Shown here piece by piece: positions 12,975-26,327 of a stretch of DNA of 64,000 bases. The notes under the pieces were generated by a model, which saw only the letters and a list, made by a program, of their open reading frames with translations, did not search any database and was not told the origin of the DNA. Origin of the DNA: Octopus sinensis (taxonomy: Eukaryota); contig NC_043012.1 in NCBI RefSeq assembly GCF_006345805.1, forward strand, positions 50,592,001 to 50,656,000, given 5' to 3'. A program made the position numbers and the translations under genes. Positions within the stretch are counted from its first letter, which is position 1. Each line of letters begins with the position of its first letter.

Positions 12975-13170
12975 ATAGTTAATCCAAACAAGAAGGCACA
13001 AAAAAACACAACAACGCGAGGACGTGGAACAAATATAGTATTATTGGACGCTCAGGAAAGAAGGAAAGAAGGAGGGTTTAACGTTTCGAGAGGAGCGCTT
13101 CGTCGGAACATAGGAGAAGGAAAGATCCAGAGAAGGGAGAGAGAGGAAAAAATCGCCAACGTTACACACG
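12975..13170 (-). mobile_element. Penelope pseudo-LTR-like remnant with a decayed minimal hammerhead (13076-13109)
   Basis: Minus strand GUU CCGACGA A G..C GAA ACGU U AAAC. Shares flanks (tcctgagcg..aatac) with the 44060-44235 copy. Confidence 0.55.
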
Positions 13171-13179
13171 AGGTCACAC

Positions 13180-13230
<51 letters not shown>

Positions 13231-16200
13231 GAATCCCTTGAATGAAGCAATTCACTTTTTTTTAAATAATTTCTCAGGTGGATAGAAGCGCTAAAAGAAT
13301 AAAACATTATACATAACGTAGAGTATTACTCCAACTTTTGACAAGCTTCCTCTTTTATTAATGTATATATGTGTACACCTCTAAAGGTAGTTTGTACATA
13401 CATACACACACACACATACATACATACATATATATATATATATACACGCATACTTAAATACATACGTACGTACATACAAACACACATATAAGTACATACA
13501 TATACGTGTGTATATACGTACATAGAAGCAAACGACTATATATTTATATACAATGCTTATAAAAGTTATACGTATATTATAATAGTGACCTATTTTTATC
13601 CATACAATCAAAATTCACAGCAAATATTTCATATCTCTCAGTTCCTGTCGCCAAAGTTGGAAATCTCAACATACCTAAATTAGCGGAACGCATAATAAAA
13701 TGTCTTACAACATTAAAATTTTGCCAATAATTTACTCGTATAATTTTGGCATTTTGCAAAACAAAGGAAGTAGTCCATGCATATCTAAGTCAGCACTGAT
13801 TTAAGACTACAAGCACATTCTTTCTTTGATGATGAAACTCGTGAGACGAAGTTTTTGTTTGTGGCTTGTTCTTGTGCATAAATATTAAACGGATGTTTTA
13901 ACAAATAATCCATTTCTAGTAGTTGGATAGTAGAATATGCAAAATAACTGTCAAGTCTTGTTTTAATTATGGGTTTTAAAACACTTACAACGGAAGCTAA
14001 TTGCTTATTAACAATCGGTTCTATAAAGCAGCTAATAAATTTTCATATTTTGTTTCAGACTTTAAATCATTCGGATATTATTGTGTTAATCTTACAATTA
14101 CAAATAATTCATGTATTATACATCAATAATATACTGATACACAAAGTAAAAAATGAAGCGGAAGTCGAAATAACCAGACGCATATATACATATATACAAA
14201 GAAGATGCATGATTTCTGTTTTATTTTATATTTTATGTGTTAAGTTTTAGCGTTAATATATGAGTGAAATAACGTGAAACGTTGATTTGAACACAAAAGA
14301 AAATATTGAACTTTATCAAAATTGCATAAATAGATGTAACATTTCTCAATGGTATAAAATCCTCCAAATATTCTACATGAAAACCTCTATTCTATTTGAG
14401 GTATTGAAGGTAAAGAACCCCCCCCCCTTTCTGTCCTTTTGTAAAGACAAAGCCTTGAATAGGTTTCCTCTATAATCAGAAGCAAATTCAATATCTGTGT
14501 TGCGAAAATAATGGAATTATTGCTTTAGACATTTTTTAGTTGCTAAAGAGGAAAAATTACAACTATTGAGAGATATAAAAGAAATAAACCACATTGAACA
14601 CATAAATATATAACCAATTCTATTTCTATCGAAACCAACAAATTACAATAAAGGTATTCGTTCTTTATCTGATTGCCATATATTTTAATTTTCTTTCTTT
14701 TTTTTCGTGATATTTTCCTGCGAAAATATCTTAATTAATGGAAACACGTTTATTAGATTTTCTTAATATGCTTCTCAGTTTAATTGGCGGTCAGATTTTC
14801 TCAACTATTTGAATTTCCCTAAATATACCTTGGAGGGAAAATAAATAAAATTTATTGCTGAAAACACAGCAATAATTTTATCATCCATAAAAAATAAAAG
14901 TTATAATGGTATAGAGCTTTGATCAATAATCATCATTTGTTTTTGATCTAACACTTTTATTGTTTATCTTATCATTTCCTTTAATTTCTTTTTTGGCACT
15001 TACTTATTTCTTATTTTATATATTTATTCATTCTTTATTACGATTCTTATTTTTTATGTATTTTTTAGAGTATCAAACTTCAAGAATTCATTATCATTTA
15101 GCTACTTTCTTCTAAATCAATCAAAAGAAACGAAATATAATGAATTTTTTGGTCATTTTACTAGAAGTATTTTCTGCGTACATACACAACACATCCTTCA
15201 CCCAACACAAGGAAACATATTTCAGCATCAGTATAGGTAAATGCCTATGAATAGATTCATACCTTTATATATGTATACACATACGTATGTACTCCTATAT
15301 CTACCGTTATCTACATCTATCTGTATATATATATATATATATGCATACGCACACACATAGATATACACCTACACAAACACACTCACTCGCGGGCATGCGA
15401 ATGTATATCTGTAGAAAGAGAAATTTTATAAGTATATACTTATCCTTGATTACATTATCTCTTGTCTACAAGATAATACCAGTTCCATCATATAATTTTC
15501 AATCTTCTGTTTTTTTTCTTTCCTTTTGCCTTATTTTTATATTTTGTATTTGAAGATATTACTAATTAGGAAACGTTTTCTTCAGATATTTATTCCAAAA
15601 TTAGATTAATGGCAAAAATACTAAGTCCAAAACAAAGATTTGTAAAAACATCAATAATACGATGATATTATTGCTGGTAGATAACAGCGAAATAAAATAG
15701 CCCCAGAGTACAAGTTATACACAATAAGATTAGGGACGAAATGAACAAAAGTCTGAGCAAAAACTAAATTTCATATGCACAATTTCTGTCGAACAAGAGC
15801 AATGCGAATAATGCTTAAATTTAAAATTTTAAAATCAATTGTATGTTAATGAAATTTGAAAGTTTTTGGAGGATTTATTTTTCTTTAAATTATATACGGA
15901 ATATACCAAATTAAAAAAAAAATTCAATAAAATTCAATTTTAATTTTTCATGAGATTTATTCTGAAGATTGAAAATTATGGAAATATAGTTCATATAGTT
16001 TTATTTGGAAATGAAAATTATCTTCTATTCGTGACTTTTCGTCATAAAGAACTAAGCTTGAGTAAGAAGTAAAAAAAAGACATCAAAACATAACTTCCAG
16101 ATTTCTTACAATTTTCTATACATCTCCAAATATATAGATATAATTCAATAATTCTAATAAAACTAATGCTATTGATTAAAATGATTCAATAGAATATCGA

Positions 16201-17165
16201 GGAAAATAAATGAAAAATAGATTACAAGCGCAAGTGCGACGGTCCGATTCTTACACTGGATGACTGTGATTGGGAGTACACCAAATAACTAGATTTAAAT
16301 TGTAATAACTAGCAATGATATTAAGTCATATTTGACGACATTTCTACTCCCGGATCAAGAGATGTGTCCAACATTCAGTTTGAAATTTTGTAGATCACTT
16401 CTTATAACTGAACATCAAAAGGTTCACGTAGCAGACATTACTGTGCTATTTTCGACCGCCAGAGTAACCTTGAGGAGATAGACATAAGTGTTTGAGCTAT
16501 AACCATCCTGGTTTCTAATTCCACGGATTTGATTTCTCGGAAAAAGGATCATATACTTAGAAGCCATTATTTTCATCCTATCGTGGGCGATAAAATACGT
16601 TCCTTTTGAGCATTGCGATCCACATAATCGACTAGACCCATCCACACAAAATTTCACACCTTCTGCCTACGTAGTAAAATATTTCTTTAACAGATTAGAA
16701 AAGGCATTTCAAGATGATATTGACCGATATATATGAAAAAACAATTAGAGTTTCCTGCGTGGAATTAAAACTGTAAATCTGTATACATGAATCTAGGCAT
16801 TATTCCTAAATATCTACACATAAATGCGCATTTTTGTAGGCATCCTTATATACAGCTTTATGTGTGTAAACCACTATACGCCTATCTATACATGTCCGCT
16901 TATGTGAGCGCCAATTGGGTGATGTTTGCATATATAGAAATAAGACAACTACGGAAAGAAAAATATGCATTTTTGTTTCTTAATAATACAGCATACAAAT
17001 GACGTACACAAATACAAGTACATGTACACATGCATTCCTATAGGAAAACATACGTGTATCATATATAAATAAACGCGCGTTCGAACACACATGTACGCGT
17101 GCACATATATGTATGTATATATATATATCAGGTGTTACAGTTCTATATTTAAGAGATGAGGAAGC

Positions 17166-17324
17166 ATATACATTATTTACATTATTTACAATCGACTGAT
17201 ATTTGATTGTTCTTAACACAACGTTTCGGCTGATATACCCGCCAGTTTTCATCAGGTGTCTTGCGGAAATATCGAACCTGGGTTCCCACTCCTAAGGTAT
17301 TTTTCGATGTTATTATTATCATTA

Positions 17325-17381
<57 letters not shown>

Positions 17382-17450
17382 CATTATTATTATTGAGTGA
17401 GAGAGCAGTTCATGCCATCAAAGTGATTTTATTATTATTATTATAATTTC

Positions 17451-17515
<65 letters not shown>

Positions 17516-17595
17516 TGTGTTGTTGTTCAGGTTACTGCTTGGAATCGAACTCGGAATATTGGGGTTAGTAGCCCGCGCTCTTACCCACCACGCCA
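17166..17595 (-). mobile_element. tRNA-headed element: head, then (TAA)n, then Penelope-like tail with minimal hammerhead (left arm)
   Basis: Head 17529-17595 reads tggcgtggtgggtaagagcgcgggctactaaccccaatattccgagttcgattcc on the minus strand. Tail contains GACAC CUGAUGA..CAGCC GAA ACGU U GUGUU (17215-17260). Confidence 0.8.
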
Positions 17596-17603
17596 TATGC
17601 CTG

Positions 17604-17728
17604 TGGTGTAGTAGTTAAAAGCGTAGTTTACTAACCCCAAGATTCCGAGTTCGATTTTAGGCAGTGACCTTAATAATAATAATAATAATAATATTAATAA
17701 TATAGTAATAATAATATTAATAATAATA

Positions 17729-17794
<66 letters not shown>

Positions 17795-17821
17795 GTAATA
17801 GTAATAGTAATATACATAATA

Positions 17822-17858
<37 letters not shown>

Positions 17859-18037
17859 TATTATATGATGATGATGATGATAATAATAATATCAAACATC
17901 AAAAAATAACCCAGGTTCCAAATTTCCCGAAGACACCTTATGAAGGCTGTATGGTATATCAGCTGGAACTTTGTGTTAAGAACAAACAAGATGAGGACAA
18001 ATATCCGTCAATTGTAAATAATGTAAATAATGTATAT
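17604..18037 (+). mobile_element. Same tRNA-headed element, right arm (hammerhead core decayed)
   Basis: Head tggtgtagtagttaaaagcg..actaaccccaagattccgagttcgatt; (TAA)n; tail gacaccttatgaaggctg..cagctggaactttgtgtt..gtaaataatgtaaataatgtatat. Confidence 0.8.
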
Positions 18038-18478
18038 CAAATGTTATACATGCGGATGGTATATTATATCCAATGAAACACACGTAGTATTTATTTGATC
18101 TTGACTTTAGTTTGATCTTCATTCGTATGAATTTCAATTCACACGCTTGTCAAGGTACTTTCGTCAGAGATTCTGTTTCCTTTTCAGTGTTTCTCTGTCT
18201 CGTGAGTCTCTCTTCACTGAGGAAACACATAAGTCAGAGAATCACTGATGAGGTCATGGAATGTGTGATGTAAGAACGTTGACAGACGTAGATACTGAAA
18301 AGATTGCGAATAACATTCAAAGTGAAGATCAAATAATGCATGGGTCTAATTCCCCAAAAATGACCATATCCAACTGAAACAATGTGGGTTTCAAAACATT
18401 GTTTCACATGAAGAATCTTGGAAAACGTATATACAAACATATACATAAATACGTATATATATATACAATACCAAGTAA

Positions 18479-18563
<85 letters not shown>

Positions 18564-18607
18564 ATATATATATATATATGTGGTGTGTGTGTGTGGTGTG
18601 TGTGCGT

Positions 18608-18905
18608 GGAAGCACATGGCCTAGGGGTTAGAGCAGTGGACCCGCGGTCGAGGGATCGTGGGTTCGAATCTCAGACCGGGTTATACGTGTGTTTATGAGC
18701 AAAACACCTAAGCTCCACGCGGCTCCGGCAGAAGGTAATGGCGAACTCCTGCTGGCTTTTTCGCCAGAACGTTCTCTCACTCTTTCCTCTTGCATCTTGC
18801 AGCTCACCTGCGACGGACCGGCTTCCCGTCTAGGTGGGAAACCTGTACGCCAAGAAACCAGGAAACTGGCCCTTATGAGCCAGGCATGGCTCGAGAAGGA
18901 ACAAA
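18608..18905 (+). mobile_element. tRNA-derived SINE family C
   Basis: A box tggcctaggggttag, B box ggttcgaatctc. Body aligns by eye to the reverse complement of 54180-54482. Confidence 0.85.
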
Positions 18906-18906
18906 C

Positions 18907-18948
<42 letters not shown>

Positions 18949-19659
18949 AAGAGAGAGTGAGAGAGGAGATACATATGTGTGTTGTTGTGTGTGTGTGTAT
19001 GTGTGTGTATGTGCTTCTGTATGTCAGTAAATCATAAATCCGAAATAGAGGTACACTTTGTAGAGTGATATGTGAACGATAGTTACGGCCGGTCTACTCG
19101 GTTATCTAAAGCGCATCGCTAAGCAGCGTCTCATCAGACACTAATTGCCGATAACTTCTAGCCAAAGTGGTGGGAGGGAAGACTTCACGATTAGATGTTG
19201 AAACACGGACAATGAAGAAATGCTAAGCACAAGAGTTTGCTTTCCTTAGACTGCTGACCGTATCCACTCCATCGTTTTGTGGGTCCCGTGACGTCAATAG
19301 GAATATACTGAAGTGTAAGCATGGTCCGAAAACTTCAGTCCCGGAATTTATGACGTTCGAGGGAAGTCCTTAATTTTCCAACCCGTTCAGGTGTGCACAC
19401 CTTACAACGCTTGTTTCTGTTGATGTAGAGGCCCGGTTTTGCTAGGATCTTCCATCAGATTACGTCCTTGAGACGCCACACATGGCTGACCAAAGATGTG
19501 GCGTCTATGCGGAATACTAAATGACGATATGTATCTTGAGTGGTGCTGCTTCAAGGTTTGCGTGTATGTATGTATGTATGTATATATAATGTATTTATCG
19601 TGATAGAAAATAAAAAAAAAAGATTACTCCATCTGGTGAGAGATCAATATTATTTTTCA

Positions 19660-19804
19660 AAGGTCACAATACGTGTATTAAAGCGCTACTAATAGTTTCA
19701 ATTTTTGAGTTCCTTATGATATCTGGATTGCGCCCGAAGACTATGTTTGAGCTCAATCAACATATGGAACTATTAGTAGCGTTTTAATACAGTATGGTGA
19801 CCTT
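19660..19804. repeat. Imperfect fold-back hairpin (~40-bp outer arms), MITE-like
   Basis: aaggtcacaatacgtgtattaaagcgctactaatagtttc pairs with ggaactattagtagcgttttaatacagtatggtgacctt; inner pair ttgagttc/gagctcaa. Confidence 0.8.
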
Positions 19805-20287
19805 CTCCCCCTCCTTAATTCCTTTCTTCCTCTTTTTTCTCTCGTCTCCTCTCACGTGACCGTTGGCCGACTGCTAGCCCTTTTACGTTTGACCACGGTC
19901 ACAGCCAAATCGACATCCTTCCCTCTGCCGTAAGGCTTAATTCCATATACGCCAGCTGAATTCAATTTGTCTCCAGTCGAAAGACGCCTGTTGTTATGTC
20001 CTGTCATTATTATTATTATTGTTTTATTTTTGTATTCTTATTCGTGTAACATCTTTCGTTTTTCCGTCCCTGTTTCGTATATATTCGATGCGTTTTTTCC
20101 AAGGAATCTAATGCTCTTAGCTTAGTTTTCCCTTGGGGCTGCCCAGATTGGAACAATCTCAAGATTAATCAGCCGAAATCGTGAGGATGATCCGGTTCTT
20201 GACTAAAGAGAAAAGGCTTCGAATGACCCGTCCGTGTTTTTTTGTATCGTCTATCTGGATGATTTGTTGTCCCTTTTTGTATTTTAT

Positions 20288-20321
<34 letters not shown>

Positions 20322-21999
20322 ATATAAACATACACCCCTATTTGCATGCATGTATATGATGTACATACATATACGCATATATATACATATATATATGCAC
20401 ATATCTATATGTATATATTTATGTATTTATATCTCTCTCTATCTCTGACCTGCGATCAAGCTTTCTTCATATGTATGTATATCTGTATGAATGTATGCAT
20501 GTGTGTGAATGTATGTAGGTTTGTATGTATTATGTGTGTGGGCTTGTGCTCTTGTGATCTGAGGCAAGCCATTAAGCATACATGTTTGCCTTGTAACCTG
20601 AATCGCCCAATAAAATTAGAAATAACTGGAGTTGTTGCTACTACCATTCAGCAAAATATGACCATCTCCCTGCAATATTTTCTGTATTTATTTAGAAATG
20701 ATAGTAATTACAAGGAACATGTATATGTAATACAACCTATCATGTTGAGTGAATTGACGCAAAACGATGGAAGTTTGAAACAAGAAGACAGGAAGGTTTG
20801 GAAAATAGAATCTTGACGAATGTGGTCAATTTAACTTCTGAACGCGATCCATTTATTTTCCTGTAGTGTAAATATATAAAATCTTCTAAACAGAAGATAT
20901 AGACATGTCGATATTTATCAAATTCACTTGTATTGAATAAATATAGGAAGAGAATTGCCTAAAGTTATTTCCAATTTCAATAGTTACTTTCCATTTTTTC
21001 TTCATTTGAATTTTCTAAATAGATACAATTGCTTATCTCTTGTTTAGCAGTTGACAAATAAGTAAGTCAGATAGGTTGGGTTTTTGCGCATATATCAACA
21101 AATAAAATCGAACGTTCAGACGAGTAAATTTGGTGAATTCTTTTCTAATTAATATGATGTTTTAAAGCTGGAGGGAAAATTCTTCATGCAGGATGAAGTT
21201 GAATAGAAACGCATTTACAAGACATGGCAAACAATTAAAGCGAAGAAAAAAGATTTGAAAAGGAAATAATGTAATCACATCGGAACGAGCATCTAAAATT
21301 TAAAGTAAATTTTAAAAGAACAGTTGTAGGAAATTTGTATGGAATTAAATTAAAAAAGTAAATACGCTACGTAATACAATGTTAGATTCAACTTAATGTA
21401 AGATTTCAATTTTGTTATATTATCTGCTTCTTGTATGTTACGTTTCTTTTATATTTCATTGCTGACATCGAAGATGTAGGACTAGCTAAGGATATTAGAT
21501 AAAATAAAATAAAAGAATAAATAAAGAAGGATGTTTTTGATCATATATAATATGATAAAAAGAAAGCAATGACATTTTTTCTGCCGAAGTTAATAGATTT
21601 TTCGTTGAAAATCTAAAAGGAGATATATTATGAGAGATCCATAAAGATAAGGAAGACAAGTTGTCCATAAAAATGAGATATTCTCATCAAAGTTGCAATT
21701 TATTTTCACAATGAAAAAAAGAACACGGTATTTATGACTCTTATAAGGATTTTTACTCGAAAAGATTGCATCCAACGTCTAAGTCGCTGATATGAAGTCA
21801 TAAAAAAGAACTTGATGGTGCAACTCGTATAGAAAGAGAAGGACTATCGTACAAATTGCTGAAAATATATATCAAATAAGGAATGATAAAACTGTTTCAA
21901 TAAAGTCTGAAACAGGTATATAATCAGCTGCATGAAAATAAATTTTTCACAGCGCGCAATATATAGATTTATACATGCATACATACATAAATATGTATG

Positions 22000-22370
<371 letters not shown>

Positions 22371-22895
22371 GTGTATGTATGTATAGGTTTAAAAAAGATT
22401 AGAAATCTAATTATATATAAAAATAAATATAATCCTTTTTTTTTTTGTTTCAGCCCTAAAGCTGTGGCCTTGCTAGGTCGTCTGTATGCATATATGAATG
22501 TTTTTTAGCTTTTTGCGAGCATGCGCGAGTTCATGTGTGTATGCACTCGTTTCTGTGTTATTTTGCAACAGTTTTGAGTAAAACCAAACAAAATGTTTGC
22601 AACACATACCTCTTCAATTTCAAGTATTTGGAGGTACACTTTGGGGAACATGCAAGTGAGCAGACGCCGTTCTTCTAAATCTTTTAGCTAGTTTACATGT
22701 AGTTTCGAAATATATTCAATGCAGTGTTGCTATGATCAATTTTAACAATGTTATGAATAGCTAACAATATAATACTTCTTAAAGCCTACCACCGCATTTT
22801 CGTTTAAATTTAACTGACAATCGCGTACAAGATACATTAATCTACTCATGTGTGCATTTCGATACAGGAAACTGTGTCCATCGAATCCAGTCATG

Positions 22896-22960
<65 letters not shown>

Positions 22961-22965
22961 GTATA

Positions 22966-23017
<52 letters not shown>

Positions 23018-23300
23018 CATGCATACACACACACACTCACATCCTATACACACGCACATGTACGTATATAATATGCACATATTATGTATATGTGCATGCG
23101 GATATGTTTGTGCGTTTATGTTTATTTGCTTGTGCAGGTAGGTAGATATATAGCACATGTAATCACAGCTGTACTCGTACTTACACACTCTGTGATAGAT
23201 ATTTTCACTGACCAAATCCAGCGTAAAATAACATTTACAAACAAACGGTGAATGACGATGGAATTCCAGTTACACGTTTCTTTATATTGCCAAGCACTGG

Positions 23301-23518
23301 GGCGTTGAGCTGGTAGAATTCTTAGCGTGCTGAGTAACATGCTTAGCGTTATTTCGTTTATCAGTTATCTTCCATGATCCGATTTCAAATTCTGTCGCAC
23401 TCGACTTTGCCTTGGATTATTTCTGTGTCGATACAATGAAGTACTAGTTGAGCTCTGGAGTCGGTGTAATCGACTAGACCCCAGCCCCGAAAATACTGGC
23501 CTTGTGGCAAAATTTGAA
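23301..23518 (+). mobile_element. SINE family A
   Basis: gagctggtagaattcttagcg..ttcaaattctg..tcgactttgcc..gtaatcgact..tggccttgtggcaaaatttgaa. Confidence 0.8.
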
Positions 23519-24009
23519 GAATATATTGCCAAACACTTAAGTTACCGGCACAACCTTGGGTCGATACTCGCATAGACCGTTTATAATCTTCTGTCAGTGT
23601 TAACCTACATAGACACATTGAAATGGAAAATTGACGGAAAACTGTCGGTTCAACACTTCATATCATACATATGTTATTCAACAGTGATCATCGAATCCAC
23701 CTATAAAACAATATGGAAGATCCTGTCTCATCAAACAGCTACGTAAATCCTTTAAGATTTCAGAATTTTCAGTTAATTAATTTTGTAGTGAAATGTTTGC
23801 ATAAAGTTGTACAACAGCGTAAAAATTGTTAAACAACCAACTAAAACCAAAGTACTTTCTTCACTCCTGATCCATTAAAAGGTTTCAATGAAGACGCATT
23901 CGAAACCATCTACTACGTATTTGCAGTTTGCTCATAAGAAAATATAGGACGTTTCTAAAAAGAAACAATCCATATAAGTGTCTAGTATTTCATATTCTGT
24001 ACGTGGTAA

Positions 24010-24378
24010 GCTCTTAGAATCGTTATCAATTCGTCCGTCTCTAGATTCTGAGTTTAAATTTCGCTGAGCCTTTTATCCTTTCGCTGTCGATATATTCAAC
24101 TTAACCAATCCACCCAAAATTGCTGGCCTTGTGTCTAATTTTAGAAGCTAATATTTCATTTTTGAAGGCGGCGAGCTGGTACAATCATTAGCACGCCGAG
24201 CGAAATCTTTAGCGTTAGTTTGTCCGTTTCCACGTTCTTAGTTAAAATTTCACCGAGTCTGACTTTGCCTTTCATTCTTTCGACATCGATATAATAAGTA
24301 CCAGGTGAACACTGGGCTTAATGTAATCAAATTAGCCACTCCACTTAAACTGCTGGCTTTGTGACAAAATTTGAAATC
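24010..24378 (+). mobile_element. Head-to-tail pair of SINE family A copies
   Basis: First copy (degenerate) 24010-24150; second copy begins gaaggcggcgagctggtacaatcattagcacgccg at ~24164. Confidence 0.8.
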
Positions 24379-25200
24379 AGTACTTAATATTCCGGAAACA
24401 ACGTTCTATGTCACGCTAATTTTACCAAGATTTCTACAAACACCAGCCAAGAAAAATACCTTCAAATATATATAATCTTTTACAAATTTCGGATCACAAG
24501 CGATCTACATAACCATTCAGGCAGTACATATAAATTTTTGTAATCATCCTAAGTTAATTAATTTTTATTATTCTGCCACAACTCGTATAGTACAATTATA
24601 TAATACTAATGTATATCCCAATCAAATGTGCAATGATATTGTAGTTTCCTTTGATCTGTATTGAGTAATTGGGTACTTTGATCATCGATTTCCCATCCGT
24701 TTACATATTTTAACTACTTTTGTAACCTTGCCAGAATTGAAAATATTAGACATTATTAATCTAAACTAGATTCTATGTACTAGCTACTTGTAACACCACT
24801 ATTTTGCTTCGATATATGTTGGCTTGTTTACAAAGACATAACTTAAATATTACATCATTATATTTGTTTTCTTTTGTACCAAAGTATGTATTTCATCCAA
24901 ATGGGTAAAATGCATTCATCATTAATGATTAATTCAGGTAACCACTAGCGGGTGACCTTTCCGACCAACAGAATGTGTTTGCAGGTAGCATCTACTTCTG
25001 CGACAAAAAGATTAATTGTAGTCTCCTTACTAATGAAAGTAGATTTATGGTGCAATAGAGGCAACAGCAGTTATTATTTGCTGTGCACACTTACAGATGT
25101 GCTCTCTGTTGAAGTGCCAAGGTGGTAGTGTCTTCTTTTGCCGTTCTGTTATATTTTAAATATATATATATATATATACAGACGCATACATATATGTGCG

Positions 25201-25251
<51 letters not shown>

Positions 25252-25254
25252 CAT

Positions 25255-25392
25255 ATATATACATATATATGCACATACATATATATACATATATATGCAC
25301 ATACATATATATACATATATATGCACATACATATATATATATATATATGCACATACATATATATACATATATATGCACATACATATATATAT
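25255..25392. repeat. 26-bp minisatellite (gcacatacatatatatacatatatat) x ~5
   Basis: Direct reading. Confidence 0.85.
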
Positions 25393-25427
25393 AAATTTTT
25401 ATATATATTTATGTATACACACATACA

Positions 25428-25477
<50 letters not shown>

Positions 25478-26327
25478 CCATAAATAATGCGGTTTTTTAG
25501 TTCCATGAACTAAAAGTCGGAGTGGGGCGGGATAAACTACCTGTATCAACTTGCTATAAAAGTTGGTAGTAATTTTACCAAGACCTTATTTTTAGAGCAA
25601 GTTTTGAAGAGTGCAATACTATTTCAAAGCTATAATGGAAGGGACAAAGGAGCATATTCAGTATATTTTGTTTATGAGTTCAATAAAGGCTACAACGCAA
25701 TGGGAAGTACGGGGAATATTAATGAAGCGGACAAACTTCGTAAGCCGATGTTATCGGTGGTTCCAGAAATTCCGAGCCGCAAGCTACAGCCTAGAAGACG
25801 AGCCTCGTCCTTGATGATCTTTAGAGCTCGATGAGGACGTCCTGCAAACCCTGGTAGAAGAAAATCTCATCGCAACTGTTGAGGAACTAGGAGATATGCT
25901 TGGACTTGGACATTCAAACATTCATCGACACCTGCGTGCTATCTGGAAACGACCATCTTTCGTTTCAAGACGTAAGGTGTTCTTCCATCAGAATAATGCT
26001 CGGTCACATACAGAGAGGATGACATTCCAAATGCTGGAAGATGCCCCACCCACCATATTCACCGGACATTGCTCCCTCTGATTATCGTTTATTTCACAGT
26101 ATTCGAAATCATTTGGCCAGAAAAAAGATGTAGACGAGGTCAAAACAGTAGTGGAGGAGCATTTTTCGTCACGGACAAGTGAACTTTGGAAAAAGTGCCT
26201 TGCATGTCTACCATTTAGATGGAAGAGCATTATAGAAAATGATGGAGATTTTATTTTAGATTAAAATAGCACTTTATCTTAATTTTGAAAAACAAAAACA
26301 AAATTTAAAAACTGGATTAAACCCAAT
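25478..26327 (+). mobile_element. Internally deleted mariner element (transposase pseudogene)
   Basis: Fragments read YEFNKG, WFQKFRAASYSLEDEPR, TVEELGDMLGLGHSNIHRHL, FHQNNARSH and PPYSPDIAPSDYRLFHS..LPFRWKSIIENDGDFILD*. Remnant TIRs ccataaataatgcggttttt and aaaaactggattaaacccaat. Confidence 0.92.

Noticed and set aside
16694-16736. Possible terminal exon LEKAFQDDIDRYI* after ttctttaacag
   Set aside because: Only 13 codons and not recognised; no linked exons established.
17529-17670. tRNA-like sequences (also at 18608, 26640 and 54400) as true tRNA genes
   Set aside because: No complete acceptor stem, and they continue into SINE bodies; treated as SINE heads.
18245-18300. CTGATGAG followed by a GTCA..TGAC pairing
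   Set aside because: The stem is followed by AGAC rather than GAAA, and there is no stem III or cleavage triplet.
19095-19137. CTGATGAG ACGC..GCG on the minus strand
   Set aside because: Lacks the GAAA half of the hammerhead core.
20130-20195. GGCTG..CAGCC GAAA, resembling hammerhead stem II
   Set aside because: No recognisable CUGANGA upstream (ccttggg); too degenerate to call.
23695-23752. Possible internal exon IIESTYKTIWKILSHQTA with AG/GT borders
   Set aside because: AG/GT-bounded short open frames arise by chance in 64 kb; RNA-seq would be needed.
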